Part shown: positions 36,394-50,003 of the stretch, piece after piece
Layout: each line of letters opens with the position of its first letter
Position numbering within the stretch: the first letter of the stretch is position 1
Assembly (NCBI GenBank): GCA_030704615.1
Contig: CM060732.1
Coordinates: forward strand, 36,022,001 to 36,086,000
Length of the DNA: 64,000 nucleotides
Direction: 5' to 3'
From: Takakia lepidozioides
Taxonomy: Eukaryota; Plantae; Bryophyta
Position numbers and translations under genes: made by a program
Notes under the pieces: model-generated
Told to the model about the DNA's origin: nothing
Databases searched by the model: none
Seen by the model: only the letters and a program-made list of their open reading frames with translations

Positions 36394-37478
36394 CTGCACG
36401 ACTCCCAAATAGTGATGTGGGACTGCCACAATCAAGTGAAAGTTAGGTAGAGCAACGTTTCCTCTTCTTGTTAGAGCGCGAGTTTTTTTCAGGGGCTTCT
36501 GTATTGTAGTAGAAAGTGGACTGAGGAAGAGGTTTGACTGTATCTATGAGTGCAGCATTGCCACTAGCAAAAAGTTGCTGTTTGAGATATTTTCCACAGT
36601 CACTAGTATGGAGATTGATGGGCTTGGAGTCTGTTTATTATTGAGTCCACCCTTTTTTCAATCTGTATGCTGGAAGGTGGTTTATCTAGATTGTACACCA
36701 GTTTTACTGTAGTTTCACTGTAGCTGGAGATTTCGGACATTGAACAGCATTCATTCAACCCATGTGAAGGCAGTGCCAAGGCTGCCCTGCCACAATGGGA
36801 TTCAGTTGAATAAGAGAGAAACTTGACAATGGAAAGTTTGGTAGTGTCTCTGAGTACTTGTATGGCTCATTCTTGTGTGCACAGGTAGTGTGGTAACTGT
36901 TGTTACATCAGATTCATTTGGGGTATTGTAATTGACCCACCGATTAGATTAGTGACATGCTAATGATAAAGCATGACCCCCCACTAGGACAAATAGATCT
37001 ACTGAAGTACGGGAGTTACATAGCAGTAGTATTCATGGTGCATACAGCTTTTCATAGTGGGGGCATAAGCAGTCAAAGCAAACATTGTGGGGCCACTGCC
37101 AGTCTGTGCATGGTTTGATGCATATTACCCCAGGAACGATCAACTCTGTCATGGGACTTCGATGAGCTTCTTCACTATCCATGTGAAAAGCTGATGCCGA
37201 AAGAAGGGACTGCGGAGCATCACTTCAGCTTCTGCAAAGTGAATGATGACGGCCCACCAAAAACTTCAATCCAGGAAGTCCTACTTCCAGTGAATTCTAC
37301 GGAGGGCGTGGATCCAATTTGTGAAGTCGGTTGTCCTCCCAGCTTTGCTATCCCTGCTTGACCGGATGGGGTGAGATTCAAATATTCATCACCAGACCTC
37401 TTAAAGTTACATTAGCAAGAGGTTTGTATGCTTGGTCACCCAACCATGGGGGGTTGCCAAAGTTGTTTTTGGGCACGA

Positions 37479-37513
37479 AGCTCAGTTGGATAGAGCATTG
37501 AGTGCCACCCAGG
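37479..37513 (+). mobile_element. Truncated head of the same tRNA-SINE
   Basis: agctcagttggatagagcattgagtgccacccagg resembles the SINE head. Confidence 0.45.
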
Positions 37514-39382
37514 TTTTCAACATGGAAACATTTGCATAAGGTTCAACTCGGAAACAAATACAGATGTAGCACCTGTCTCTCTCCCCCTACCCGTTTAATA
37601 ACCCCACACCCCTCTCTCTCTCTCCCTCTCTCACTCTCCCTCTATAACTCTTTGGATTTCATCTGGCCTTAACCTTTTGAGGTTATTTAGTTTTTCATCC
37701 CAACCTTTTTCATCCAAATCTGGATGATATTATTATAGGATGATGAAACTTAATGTACGGAAAGCTTGGTTTACCATCTATTTCTTTCATCTAAACTGGA
37801 TGAACTACATGAATAATGGTTACCTATTTTAAAATCCAAGAGAATAATAAAACTACCATCATAAATGATGGCAGTTATTAAACCTAAGCCTATACCATAA
37901 CCCTAAAAGATACATTTTTATTGGATGTCATCCATTGACAAAGTGCTTCTCTTGATAAAATGTGATTTTTTATCCACCCTGGATGAGAAATCGGGAAGTT
38001 GTGCCCTAAGCAGGCCGACACATTTCACAGCACTGAACTCGTGCTTCAGTGAACCTTGATGATGCGCCGTATAAACCTGCTCCCCTGCTGCTACATGGTA
38101 CTCGTGATGGCTGGCTCTTGGGATGCGCATTGGTGGTTAGGCAGATTCCTCTCTGGCAGACGACAAAGCGGTGATCGCTTTGCTCAGAAACTCATGGTTC
38201 TTTATTTTGCAGCGACGCTTTTACTCCTCGTTGGGAAGTACTCTATCCCTATTTATCTACAGATTACATGTTGCTCTTTTTGTATGAGCCATTCTCTATC
38301 TGTGAACGCTCCTACTTTGATTGCGTTTTGTTGGAGACGATCTATTGGACGCCATGGCGCAAGGCATACCACAAACACTCAAGGTGTTTTGAGTTTACCC
38401 TTGCTTGAATTGTGATCTGTACATGCTTTAGAATTCAACACTGACATGGATAGCAACTGTGAAGACCTGCCACTCACCTGCTGCATCCTCACTAACACAC
38501 ATCGCTATGTGGTGGTTTTTGGGACGGGCACAGGTGATGGTCTTCACTTGTCTTGATTTCTTGAAGCTTGCAGCTCCTGTTCTTGCAAATGTGGATTCTG
38601 CTGCTGCCTAAGCTGCTGATGCCATTTGCTGTTTCAAACTGCCACCATGCCGCTTCAGACCTGCTCCAAGATGGCTCCAATGAGGATCTGCTTCTCTCCT
38701 TACCCCTGTTTCTGGTTTTTTACAACCACATTTGCATGTGTAGGAGTTAAGCTATGAAGGGTACAAGGGTACAAAATAGCAGTTATTACTCTGACTGCTT
38801 TGATACTTGGCTCTGAAATGAAACTTCTTGGTATGACTCTGATGGATCAAAAGGATAGGCTTTGATAGATAACACACATTCTTCAAGGCCCTCATATCAT
38901 TTTGGTTTCATGGCTTGATAACAAACAGGGGTTTCTGAGCTGCTCTTTCACCTTGGCAGAGCTATTTTATGAGGCCTTAAAATACCATTCCAGGCCTGTA
39001 CCTGCTTAAGGGGGCTCAACCCTGTTGTTTCTTCTTCCTTTTTAAGAATCTTGCTTGTATCTTGGTTCTAAAACATCAACTTCAAACCAAACCTGCAATC
39101 TGGTTTTGAAATGAGTTTGAAATGAATTTTTGAGATGATGGTGCAAACTATGGTGCTTTCATGATATGACTGACCTGGAATCCCACCCTCCCACCCTGTT
39201 TTTTCAGAGACCCTGAAATGTAATGGGGTATTCAAATGAGATTGTAAACATGAAAGAGAATGTTAGATGGTGCCCTGTAAAGGGCTGTTTTGTCTTTCAA
39301 TGACAATGACAATGACCTTAGTGGTCTTGTCCATGTCTTGACATGACATGTATATCTTCTCTCTCTCTCAAAACTGTCTCTC

Positions 39383-42300
39383 AAAACTGAATCTGAAAGG
39401 CGGCATGAGTACAAAGGACCTCTTTGTTGGTTGTGTTTACATGCCCACAGAGGGGACCCTTAGTGCTGACGCAGACAAGGCCTTCGAAGATGTAAAGCTG
39501 GACTGTGCTTCGTTCCTTGCCAAAGGTCAGGTGGTACTATTGGGGGACTTCAATGCCCGGGTGGGCAAAGGGATCCATCAGGACGATATCATTGGACCTT
39601 TTGGTGAGGACGAGCTGAATTCTAATGGCAGACGGTTAATTAACTGTCTAGAAGAGCTTCAGCTTTTGACCTTGAATAACAGGACAAGAGGTGACCAAGT
39701 GCAGTGGACTCGTGAGAAAATCCCAAACTGGGGAACGTTCCATTGTGGACTATATCATAATGGACAAAATTTTATTCCCCCAGTGTGCCAATGTGTTGAT
39801 CGACAGAACTGATATTGGTACCTCTGACCACTTCCTGGTTTGGACTGAGATCAAAAGGTGTTTTCCCACCACCAAGAGATCTGTGAAACGTTCGATTCGG
39901 AGTGGCGCATAGAAAAATTCCACAATGAGGAGGTCAAGGCTGAGTACGTCCAGGCCTTGCAAGAGGCTCTCCCTCATTTTGTCCAATCGCTCCAAGAACT
40001 TCAGTCACGCTCTGTTAACGCAAGAAATGAAGTCGAAAGAGCAGTGGACTCTTGGGAGAGTTTCGTTTCCTCCGTGGCTGACAAGATCATTGGGAGGAAA
40101 CTAATTGTCTGCGGTAGAGCAGTTAATTGGTGGACTAATGAGATTAAACTCAAGATAGTTGAGAGACGAGCCCTCTATAAAGAGTGCTGCAATTTGGAAA
40201 TCAACAGAGAATTGTGAGCGAGGTACTACCAGCTCCGTAAAGATATCAATCAGCTTGTTAGGTCTCAGAGGAAATTATACTGGGACAAGTTATACAGTGA
40301 AATAAACTCAAACCACCATGGTGGTAATGACAAGAAATTCTGGTTGGCCCTTCAACGTTTGTACAAGCCGAAAAACGGTCACAAGCGCTGAAGACTACTA
40401 AAGGTGCAGTGGTGACTTCATCAGTTGACATTGTCAAAACCTTTGAAACTCACTACAGTATCCTTGGCAGAACTTCTAGGTCTAACAGTGAGGGGTTTAG
40501 GGTTTAAGGAGGGACACAGTTGGAAAAACTGTTCCTATGATTCAAAACAGCCCTGATGAACTGGAGTATATTTCAATGGCTTATAATGCTCCCATTAGTT
40601 CTTCTGAGATTGTGGAAGCAATTGAACATTTAAATGGATATAAAGGTGGTGGACTTGATGGTATTGTCAACGAGCTTATCAAGCACGGTGGCGATCCCAT
40701 GATAGAGGCCCTAGTTCTCCTCTTTAACCTTATCTGGAAGACTGAAATGATCCCCTTTCGCTGGCGACAGGGGGTCATTGTCAATCTGTACAAGAAGGGT
40801 GACAGAGAAGAACTGGGGAACTACCGTGGCATCACACTCCCCAATGCTGTTGGCAAGACATTCTGCAGAGTTATAAGTACTCGTCTTGAGGTTGATCTGG
40901 AGTCTAGAGGTTGTTTCCACGAAGGCCAAGCTGGCTTTCGGCGAAACAGGGGCTGTGTGGATCATATCTTCACTCTAAGCCAGATTATCCAGGGAAGGAA
41001 AAAAGAAGGGAAACCCACTTATGTCTTTTTCCTGGATGTCAAAAAGGCTTATGACACAGTGTGGAGAGATGGCCTATGGTTCCGCCTCTGGTCTTGTGGG
41101 ATAAAGGGAAAGATGTGGAGAGTTGTCCACAACTTGTATGCTCACACCAAAAGCTATGTCACTGTTAACGGACAGAAGTCCAACTTCTTTGACATAGACC
41201 AAGATGTAGCTCAAGGATGTACTCTCTCCCCTCTGCTCTTCAATGTTTTCATCAATCAACTCCTCGAGGATGTGGAAAGTGAGGGATTTGGGTTAAGGGT
41301 GGGTGATACCACCATACCAGCCCTTATGTTTGCGGATGACTTCGCAGGCATAGGGGAGACTCCAACCAATCTCCAGGAGTTGATTGATTGCGCGAAGAGA
41401 TACTTTGATCTTTGGGGGCTAGGGGCTAATGTCAGCAAATGTGCAGTGGTAGCATTCAATGACAGAGGAGAGGGAAGGAAGTGATCTTAAGTGGCAGTGG
41501 GGTAGCCAAGAGATCCCGGTCCTCCCTTCCTACACTTCTCTGGGCGTTGAGTTCTCCTCCAATTGTAATTGGGATGCACATATCCGGAAAGTTGTTCAAA
41601 CTGGCAAGGGCAAAGCTCTGGGGCTCACTAAATTTTTCCACTGCAGAGGGGTCAACTCTGAGGTTAAGAAAACCATGCTTTGTCGCGTTATTAGACCTGC
41701 CTTGGAGTACGGATCTGCTATATGGTTTGATAACTCCAACCAGGCTAAGTCTCTAGAATCCATTCAAGTGGGGGTGCTTAAGGAGTGTATGTCAGTATGC
41801 TCCAAAACAGCCAATGTGGCTGTTCGGGGTGAGTTTGGCATTCCGTCCTTAAGCTCCGATGAATTCAAGGTCAAATGGTGGGGTCAGCTGCAACATATGC
41901 CCAACACCAGATATCCTAACTTAATCGACTCTATATCTTGGAAACATGACCGCCCTATCAAACAGGCTAAGTCCTGGCAGAAGAGAGTAGAAGAGATCCT
42001 CAAGGACCTGGACCTGGATCCGCAAGTCTTGACCTTGCTGGATAAATCTGACTTAGAGGCTGTAGTATCCTCAGCCATATCTGTTGCCATGAGATTGTCT
42101 GATGAAAATGAAGTTAGGCAGAAAACTTCCCTGAACTTGTTTCCAGTCAGTGACATGGGGGAGGACATCTTGGATGACCTCAAGGGTCTACCCACTCTCG
42201 GCACTAGACTGAAATTTAAACTCAGGGCAGGAAGCCCACCTTTGAACAACAAACAGAAGCAGAGAGGAAAGGGAGAGTGCAATTGCCCGTTGTGTGGGCA

Positions 42301-42692
42301 ATCTGAAGACAATATTCATTTTCTGATACACTGTCCGGGGTTCTCTCACCAAAGAGACGCTCTCCTCAAATCTATTAAGGGAATTGTGCCTGTACCCCTG
42401 TTTACCAACTTTGAAAGTCTCGAGGCTGAGCCAAAAGCGCCCTCCTGAGGCCTAGTTTTGGGCCAATCACACACAACAGATTGATGCTTGTGTGAAGAGA
42501 TTTCTAGAGGATATATGGAAAACCCGGATTAATTCTATATATGTAGGTAAGTCTTACTACCAACGTCAGCCCCTGACAGAGGTAGGTTCTGTCCCTTTTG
42601 TTCCCGCTCAAACTGGGCGCGGGGTCAATGGCCACAAGGCTACGGCAAACAACGTCTTATGAGTACAATCTCTCTCTCTCTCTCTCTCTCTC
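39383..42692 (+). mobile_element. 5'-truncated LINE ORF2 (APE-RT-zinc finger; RTE-X/CR1-like) with (TC)n tail
   Basis: VVLLGDFNARVG, SDH, NYRGITL, QAGFR, FADD, CPLC..H...HC. Frameshifts and stops. ORF2 stop is ~6 nt before (TC)12; TC repeat also at the 5' flank. Confidence 0.95.
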
Positions 42693-43004
42693 GCATTCAT
42701 TCACAGACGAACAAAAACCAAAACTCTGAACAAATTTAAAATACGTTCATCTGTTTTCTACTCGGACACACTCATTTCAGCACTGAATTCGACGGACCAT
42801 TCACAAAGAATCTCTATCTGACTGCTTTCCTGGCGTAAGGTTGTGTCTGCACTCTAGGGGAGCCAAATTTGCTCAGCGAGGAGATTCAGACAGTAACCCA
42901 ACGTGGAATCCTTGGTGATCACAGACCACAGAACGCTTGCATTTGGAGCTGCAAAATGAAGAGAAGAATTTGGATGCAGGTCTAAAAATGAAACCAGCAT
43001 AGAA

Positions 43005-43067
43005 CGTGCTCGGCAGGATTCGAACCTGCGCGGGCAGCATGCCCGATAACCACTCCGGCACGAGCAC
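43005..43067 (-). tRNA. tRNA-Ser-derived gene with ~19-nt deletion of the anticodon loop (pseudo-tRNA)
   Basis: GTGCTCGTGCCGGAGTGGTTATCGGGCATG/CTGCCCGCGCAGGTTCGAATCCTGCCGAGCACG matches plant tRNA-Ser 5' and 3' halves; 7-bp acceptor stem and A/B boxes intact. Confidence 0.85.
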
Positions 43068-43417
43068 TGATATGTCGGCGTGTTGAAAATTAATCTTTAT
43101 AGTTCAGAAGTGTCTGTAAAGCAATATTCGAAAGAACAACCAAAAAGTCGCTCAGTAATTTGTGAACAGGAAATTTGCAGATACTCGCAGTTCGTGTTGC
43201 TGCTAAAAAGTCTGAGACTTGTTCATTTATATTTCCTACTCCTGAAGATTATGTAAAAGTCTTGAGAAGATAGTGGAGTCCCAGTTGAAGCATAGAATGC
43301 TTCTTTTGATCATCATTCTCTCAGACTCCTAGTTGTAACAGTTGGAGCAGGGCACAGCCAGGAAACATGGTTACATTGCCCAACAAATTCTCTGGGTGTT
43401 GATGACGTCCCATTTGT

Positions 43418-43475
43418 TTGTAATGCATGTGCAAGCCTGGGAGCTGTGGAGAAGGGCAAAGAGGTCCATGGTGAC
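43418..43475 (+). pseudogene. Short PPR motif fragment
   Basis: CNACASLGAVEKGKEVHGD. Confidence 0.65.
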
Positions 43476-43542
43476 TCTACGCCAATACCTTTACCCTAGT
43501 GATATCAGAAAACCATGATACTAGTCCAACACTGGTTCTAAC

Positions 43543-43789
43543 CAGTGTTGGGAGGTTCTTTGATCCAGCGACCAACCCCCGGAGGTTTTGAAATAACCAG
43601 CCTGCCAAACACCCGCCAGTTATTTGATGAAAACCGCCGGTTCTTTGAGGTTCTTACAATTAACCGGAACCGGTGGTTCTTTCCATAAAAAAGATCTGAA
43701 AAACTGGAACCGGATGTTCTTTGATCGTAGGATTTTGTAAAAACCGGAACCGGAGGTTATGAAAGAAATCAAATAACCGCCCAACACTG
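43543..43789. mobile_element. hAT-like MITE
   Basis: TIRs cagtgttgggaggtt / aaccgcccaacactg; internal aaccgg/ccggttct repeats; flanks gttctaac and gttcttgt give a partial 8-bp TSD. Confidence 0.7.
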
Positions 43790-44032
43790 GTTCTTGTATC
43801 AGTGTTTTTCTTTCGGGCGGAAAACCGCCAGATTTCAACCTGGAAACTCGGTCAGCTACTTGTACAAAGGGATTATGGGGGGTAAAATCCGAGATTTTCG
43901 CCGAAAAGCACCGGGAGAAAAATTTCAGGAGCCTAATCTTGGCGACGTGGACCAATGAAAACGTGACACCTGGAATATAGCCACTTTTCTAACTTTGTCA
44001 CCTCGATATTCTCGCCAAATAGGCACTAGGTG

Positions 44033-44256
44033 TTTTTTTTTTTTTTTTTTAAAATTAAATTTTAAAAGGGGGAGCGACAGCTCGCAAATCAGGCCCCTTA
44101 GTTAGTGAGAGGAGAAAATAACCTCTTTCATTTATGTGCCATGAGGCGAATGAGTGGGACACCGCCCAGGAACCATACCACACCCGTCAGTAGCAGGATT
44201 TGACCCCAGAGTCATCTGGGTGGCACTCAGTGCACTTAACCATCTGAGCTACTGAC
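44033..44256 (-). mobile_element. tRNA-derived SINE, copy B
   Basis: Head and 3' block shared with 29715-29934; long A tail. Confidence 0.75.
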
Positions 44257-45127
44257 TGTTGGTGTGGAATTCACAGGTAGCCCCGCCAGCGATTCAGCAA
44301 ATATGAAGAAAAAAACATTGACTTGTGTGCATTTACATGTGTTGTGCTTTGTGGGTGGGGAAGAGAAATCAGCCAATTCTTTATTTCTAGTGTTCTCCCT
44401 TGTGATATACTCTTTCTTAATGGAATATGCTGCACCTAGACCTAGGCAGGCTCAACCATTGCACAGTCCTTTCTGCCAATGACTCACCTCACCGGCTGCC
44501 TGCAGGTGGCAAACCACGTGGCATTTAAGAATCATGGTACCGTCATGTGGCGAAATGTGATTAGCTTAATAACGGACGCAGCGCGCGGGGTTCGAACTGG
44601 AGCCTTCTGCGGTAACAAGCTGTTAAGCAGCGACTCTATATAGCGGTGGGAGAAAATACTTATAGGGAGGAGGCGGGGGAGAGTGAGGAAGCTTTGGGAG
44701 GTCGGCCATGGGGTACCCGACCATCGTCTTCTCCGTGCTCCTAAAGCTCATTCGCCGACGAAGGCGCAAAGCCAAGAAGCAGCGTGCTGCAGCCTCCGCG
44801 CAACAGATACCTGTTGCTGCCGCTCCCCCGAGAGACGCCTATGCTCGTCACGCCGCGTCGAGTTCTGGTTATTATTAGCTCTCGTCGTCTCCTGGAACAG
44901 ATTTTACTCTTTTAGGCGAGCAGGCGACGAGCAGGCAGTGTTTTAGTTCTTTTTGAATTTTTGTTCCTCGAGTACGTCATTGAAGGCAGGAGAGTCACAC
45001 GACGGATTGCCAATTTCTTGGACTCGCAACATTGAAGGTGGAGGTATCAGTTGACTTCGAGTTTGAAAGTCAGAATTACTCCTAGTGTATTTCACACATT
45101 ATTGCGTTTTCTGGTACATATTCGGCT

Positions 45128-47368
45128 ATGGACTCGCAGGGGTATGCATCCGCTCCTCCTTACCAGAGCTGGCAGAAATCGCCAGCTCCAAGCTCCGTCC
45201 CACCTCCTTTTTCCTCGGGGCAAAGCGTCTATTCTCCTTACGGGCAACAGCCGAGTCAGCCTCAAGCAGGCCCTTATGGCACACCATCACCTTCGCCATA
45301 TGTACAGCCAACGCCGCCGTGGAGTCAACAATCGCCTTACACAGCAGACCAGCCACCTCCCGCGCAGTCATATCCGTATTGGCAGGGATCGTATGCGCAG
45401 GGCAGAGCACAGTTTCCGCCGGGGACAGATCCGGAAGCTGTCAGGGTTTTCCAGTTGGCGGACCGAGATGGAAATGGGCTAGTTGATGAGATTGAATTGC
45501 AGCGTGTTCTATCAGGCTTTGGAAGAACTCCCTTGAGCCTTCGCACCGTGCGCCTCATGCTGCATCTCTATGCAGAGAGCGTGTCCACGAAAATTGGTAT
45601 GTCTGTGTTTTTGTGGTTGCGCAGTTCGAGTCTGATTTCCTGCATCCAAGTCATCTTTTGTGGCTTCAATTGGTGTTTGGGTGTGTGATGTGGTAATATA
45701 TCACCTGCAGTGATGACTCCTTCACGTCTGAACGCACGCAGCTGGTAATTACTGTCTGCAGCATCGAATTATGGAGTTGATGTTCATTCATGTGAAGCAG
45801 CAGCACATTTCTGTCAGTAAGCTGCTAGATGCCTGGATATATCAGACACAAAACCTCAATTGCAGATAGTGAAACTGAACCAATTAGTTATATAATGTCT
45901 TCACTTCATCTGTGAGACATTGCTCTGTCTCTTCTATTCTGATAGCTTTTCAATTTCAGCGTGCCCCATGGCATAAGAGTAATGTCCATGTTTTGGTTCC
46001 TCTGAACTGCAGGACCATCAGGGTTTGTGAATTTATGGAAGGCTCTCAAGGATTGGAAGGTCGGTTCTTCTCTGATATCTCTTTTGTTCTTAGCCAATAT
46101 TTGTCTCAATGTTGCATATACATTTTGTGCTAGTGTTATTTCCGGTTTTTAAGTTTTTGCCTGCATTATCGTCTTCGTTACGTGTTGATGTCTAAATTTG
46201 GTTTGAGTTTCTTTGGAGACTTGGGCATCCTTTTCTGGTGGTCGAACATGTCCCCCGAAACTTGGAAATGGGCTTTTTAGCTTGAAGCACTGCTTTGCAT
46301 GTTGGCTGCCCCGGGGAGTTGACAAACTTATGCCGTATAGTAGTTTGGGATTTTTTGTTTATGGATTCTCATGGGTATGGTTCTGTCACATAACTTAGTT
46401 TCACTCCACGAGGAATATGTTGCCCACAGAGGTGGATGGTTTCTTAGAAGGCTCATGTTATTGTTTGGGGTTGCAGGTAGTGTTTGAGAGGTTTGACCGG
46501 GATCGTAGTGGGACAATTGATATTCAAGAGTTACGAGAGGCACTCCTTAGCCTTGGCTTTGCTATACCTCCAGCTGTGCTTCAGCTGCTTGTGTCCAAAT
46601 ATGACAACACTGGCCGGGGCAGGGATATTGACTATGATAACTTCATTGAGTATGTCAAAATCCCCTTTTCCTTTCTTAATGTGGGCATTGAATGCAGTCT
46701 GACATATTCTCTCTTGAAACTATTGTTGACTGTCTACCACGATAATTTTGTCAAAATTAAACTTCAACTTTTCTGGAATTACAATTGCAGTAGGGAGGAG
46801 TTGATACAATGGGGTACTGTCTGTCTCCTTCTGTACCTTGCTAATACTGGGGGGTGGTGTCCTTATGTGCAGGTGTGGGCTCATTGTGAAGGTAATGCTC
46901 ATTGCTCACAGTCTTAGGCATAATTCTTAAGTACCATGTTATCTTAATTGAAGTACCTATAGATATAAGTGTCTTTCTGAAGCTGTTATGTCAAAAATTC
47001 GGAGAGTGCTGATACAGCATGATGTGCCTTTTAGTCTAGACTTCACCTCACTTCTATCCAAAGGGGATGAATGGTAATAACCTGTACGGCACTCAGAAAG
47101 AGGCATATGAGATGTTAGACTTTATGCTTGCCTTTGCAATGAGGTTTTCATCTCAAAATGGTCTTTTGGACTAAGTTAATTGTGGGGCTCCTGGTTTGCA
47201 AATTTGCATGCTATGAAGTGACAAATTGGCTAAATTTGAGTTTCACTGCTATTGATTGTGCAGGGATTGACAGAGAAGTTCAAGGAGAAAGATGTACAGT
47301 ACACAGGGACAGCTTTACTTAGTTATGAATCTTTTATGCTTATGGTTTTGCCCTTCATTGTGGCCTGA
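45128..47368 (+). CDS. Penta-EF-hand Ca2+-binding protein (CML48/49/50, peflin-like); exons 45128-45596, 46013-46059, 46477-46649, 46873-46891, 47264-47368
   Basis: Pro/Gln/Tyr-rich N-terminus; FPPGTDP; DRDGNGLVDEIELQ; LRTVRLM; FERFDRDRSGTID; YDNFIECGLIVKGLTEKFKEKD...YESFMLMVLPFIVA*. All introns GT-AG and in frame. Confidence 0.95.
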
Positions 47369-48042
47369 CAAGCTGTGGGGTGGTTTTTCCCCTTCAATAT
47401 CACTTGACACGGGGTGTGTACATAAGGCTATACACTTTTAAATATTTCTCAATTGAAAAATCAGTTACACAGTACAGGGGGGATTTTGACTCCGGCCACT
47501 ACAGAATTCCGCACACCTGAGCTTTCGGAAACACATGTGGGGACGAAATATGGATGATAGTTTCATCTTATGTAACATGAATATTACAGGTGAAGAGTCT
47601 AACCCTTCCTTGGGAGTATGGAGTTATTCAAAATAACTCATGCGGACATACTATGTAGCCAATGTAGTTGATGCAATCTTATGTATGAGATGAGTGTATT
47701 GTTGGAGGAAACCAGCTACAAAGGATGCCCACTGTTGGGTTGCTGGAGCTGAAAATAACCACCTTGTATCGGACTTGTTTTTATAAAGGGAAATACCTCA
47801 AATGGGGTTGTGCAATTGTGTAATACTCTCTATCTATCTTTATATCATACTCTTTTTTCTTAGGAAACATGTGAAAGTAGCCAAATAACAACTCACGATT
47901 TCTGCTGCGATAAAATTATTTTCCATTAGATCTATAGTAGGCTAGAGTACTAAGAACCTTCCATCAATTGGTGAAAGCTGGTTAGATTTTGTACGTGTTG
48001 TGCCCAACGTGTCCTTTTGTTGAGTTATTTGGTTTTGGATAT

Positions 48043-48085
48043 ATCCCATATCGTTTGAGCGGAAGTATGAGACACGTATGTATAT
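48043..48085 (+). promoter_or_regulatory. snRNA promoter: USE (ATCCCATATCG) and TATA-like box
   Basis: USE at about -64 and TATGTATAT at about -30 from the U6 start, the plant Pol III snRNA spacing. Confidence 0.8.
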
Positions 48086-48106
48086 CCAAACATCACGGTT
48101 GCGTAT

Positions 48107-48211
48107 GTCTCTTCGGAGACAGTTGATAAAATTGGAACGATACATAGAAGATTAGCATGGCCCCTGCCCAAGGTTGACACGCACAAATCGAGAAATGGTC
48201 CAAATTCTTTT
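48107..48211 (+). ncRNA. U6: U6 snRNA (variant or pseudogene)
   Basis: GTCTCTTCGGAGAC 5' hairpin...GATAAAATTGGAACGATACAtAGAAGATTAGCATGGCCCCTGCcCAAGGtTGACACGCACAAATCGAGAAATGGTCCAAATT. Confidence 0.93.
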
Positions 48212-50003
48212 GACGATTCCATTGGGCGCTCTTCTCGGTCTTTGCATTCACAATTTTGCAGGGAAGCGAAGATGCAACACTCGAGAGGTTTTAGTTGCGA
48301 GATCGTGTTGCCTCAAAATTTCACACTGGACAACACTTCAAGCGAATCTACTTGACGGTGTGAGAGTTGGAATCTCCACCGTAGTTGGTGGCTTATAAAA
48401 TCGAGCAGTAGACAAGTTTTGAGATTGTACTAGCTATCCAAAAAAGTTCATCAAGGGTTAAGGAAGAGATCAGACAATAGGAAACACAGACTACGATCTT
48501 TAAATCACCTCATAATTCTACAAATAAGCAGCCTGGATGGAGAAGAACGTAAAATTTTTGGTTTGCTGAACGGTTGCAAAATCGGGATACCTACTCGATG
48601 GAGCAGGTCAGAGATTGTCAATCACAGGCTCACTCAATTGGATGCCCAAATTTGCAATTGGATTCAACTGAAAAGAAGAAAAATGTTATAAGAAAATGAA
48701 TCACTTCAGTACGTTACTGGTTGCTACATTCCTACACCGGATGGCATGATTCGCACAAAATTTCGGAGGTTATCACCGACGTGTGAAAGGGAGGGTTCAG
48801 ACTAGGAGGTGCTTGTATCTAATCACGGTTTGTTTTGGTTGACAAGCTGGAGGATGGAGCAGACAATTAGCTTGTCACCCTGTAACTCAATGCTTGTCAA
48901 TCTCACAGCCATATTTGCAGTGATGAGCCTTTTGACAATCTCATGCTGAATGCCCTACAGTGTTTGTCCCTTGACGAGCTCAGGGGGGAGTAAGTTCCAA
49001 TGGACTGAAGAGACTTTCCCCTACCTGATTTACTGCCAATAGCATTGTCTTTCAAATTTGGCAGTTTATCTCAAGTGTGCTAAGCTTGGTAGAGCAGGGC
49101 GTACATAAAGTCAGAGGGCATTCTGCGGACTGGCCAAAATCTCCAGGCTTTCTTGCCTGCCCTTGCCAGTCTCGCTCTTCTTTTCCCCTTGTAAGTATAA
49201 GATGTATAACTATCCTCATTTTCTTATTGGGTTGTGTCCATGGTTATCTCCAGGCCTGTCCGTCTTCCTCTCAATAGCTACAATCTTTGTCTTGCCAACT
49301 GAAGAGCTGTGGTTCCTCTCCCTGATCCCACGTGCTTGATATCCACAGTTCGTTAACTTCGGTGAAGGAGAGTTAATCACAGCCTACGTATGCCTGCCAT
49401 GATCCGCTTCAACCCCTCTTCCACCTTGCAGGAGTGCCCACATGTGATGTCCTGAGCCTCGCTCTGTGTGATGTGTTCTAAGGCTTCTTTGATATTGTGG
49501 GGCGTATTCACTCGTCTGCTGGGAGTTCAGTCAAAAATTTCACGTAGGAAACGAGTGGTGCCACAGGAGCTATACTCGTCCTCCGTGCATAATTTGAATT
49601 GCACAATCCGAGATCTCCTTGTCTCTCTCTTCGAGACAATATAATCATCACTTCTGAATAGACCATCCCGGGAACTTGTCATTACCACAAGTACACCCCC
49701 AGTACAACAAATTACCTAGAGAGAGCAACAGCTGTAATCTGCATGAAAGCATCTGATTCCTGAAGACGGGAGTAACTATGTACGTCGTCTCTGAAATAGA
49801 ACTGCTAGAGGTGAAATCGACAAGACCACTCTGACTCCCTTGTGGAAAGCTGCACGAGTGATTGTGATGATCGAGTAGTAACGCGGATGAATGAACACCG
49901 AGCCCTCTATGGATATTGTATGCCACTTGGCCCAATCAACTCGCAGGTTTCCGCTTCGATAGGAAACGAGTGCGAAGACGTGGTGGCAGATGAAGGTGTG
50001 GCC

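Noticed and set aside
37100-38750. Exon-like stretches and a ttcatcc/ggatga-rich repeat
   Set aside because: No recognisable protein or definable termini; not supportable without a search.
40492-40507. gggtttagggttta as an interstitial telomere
   Set aside because: Only about two units inside decayed LINE ORF2; chance or local duplication.
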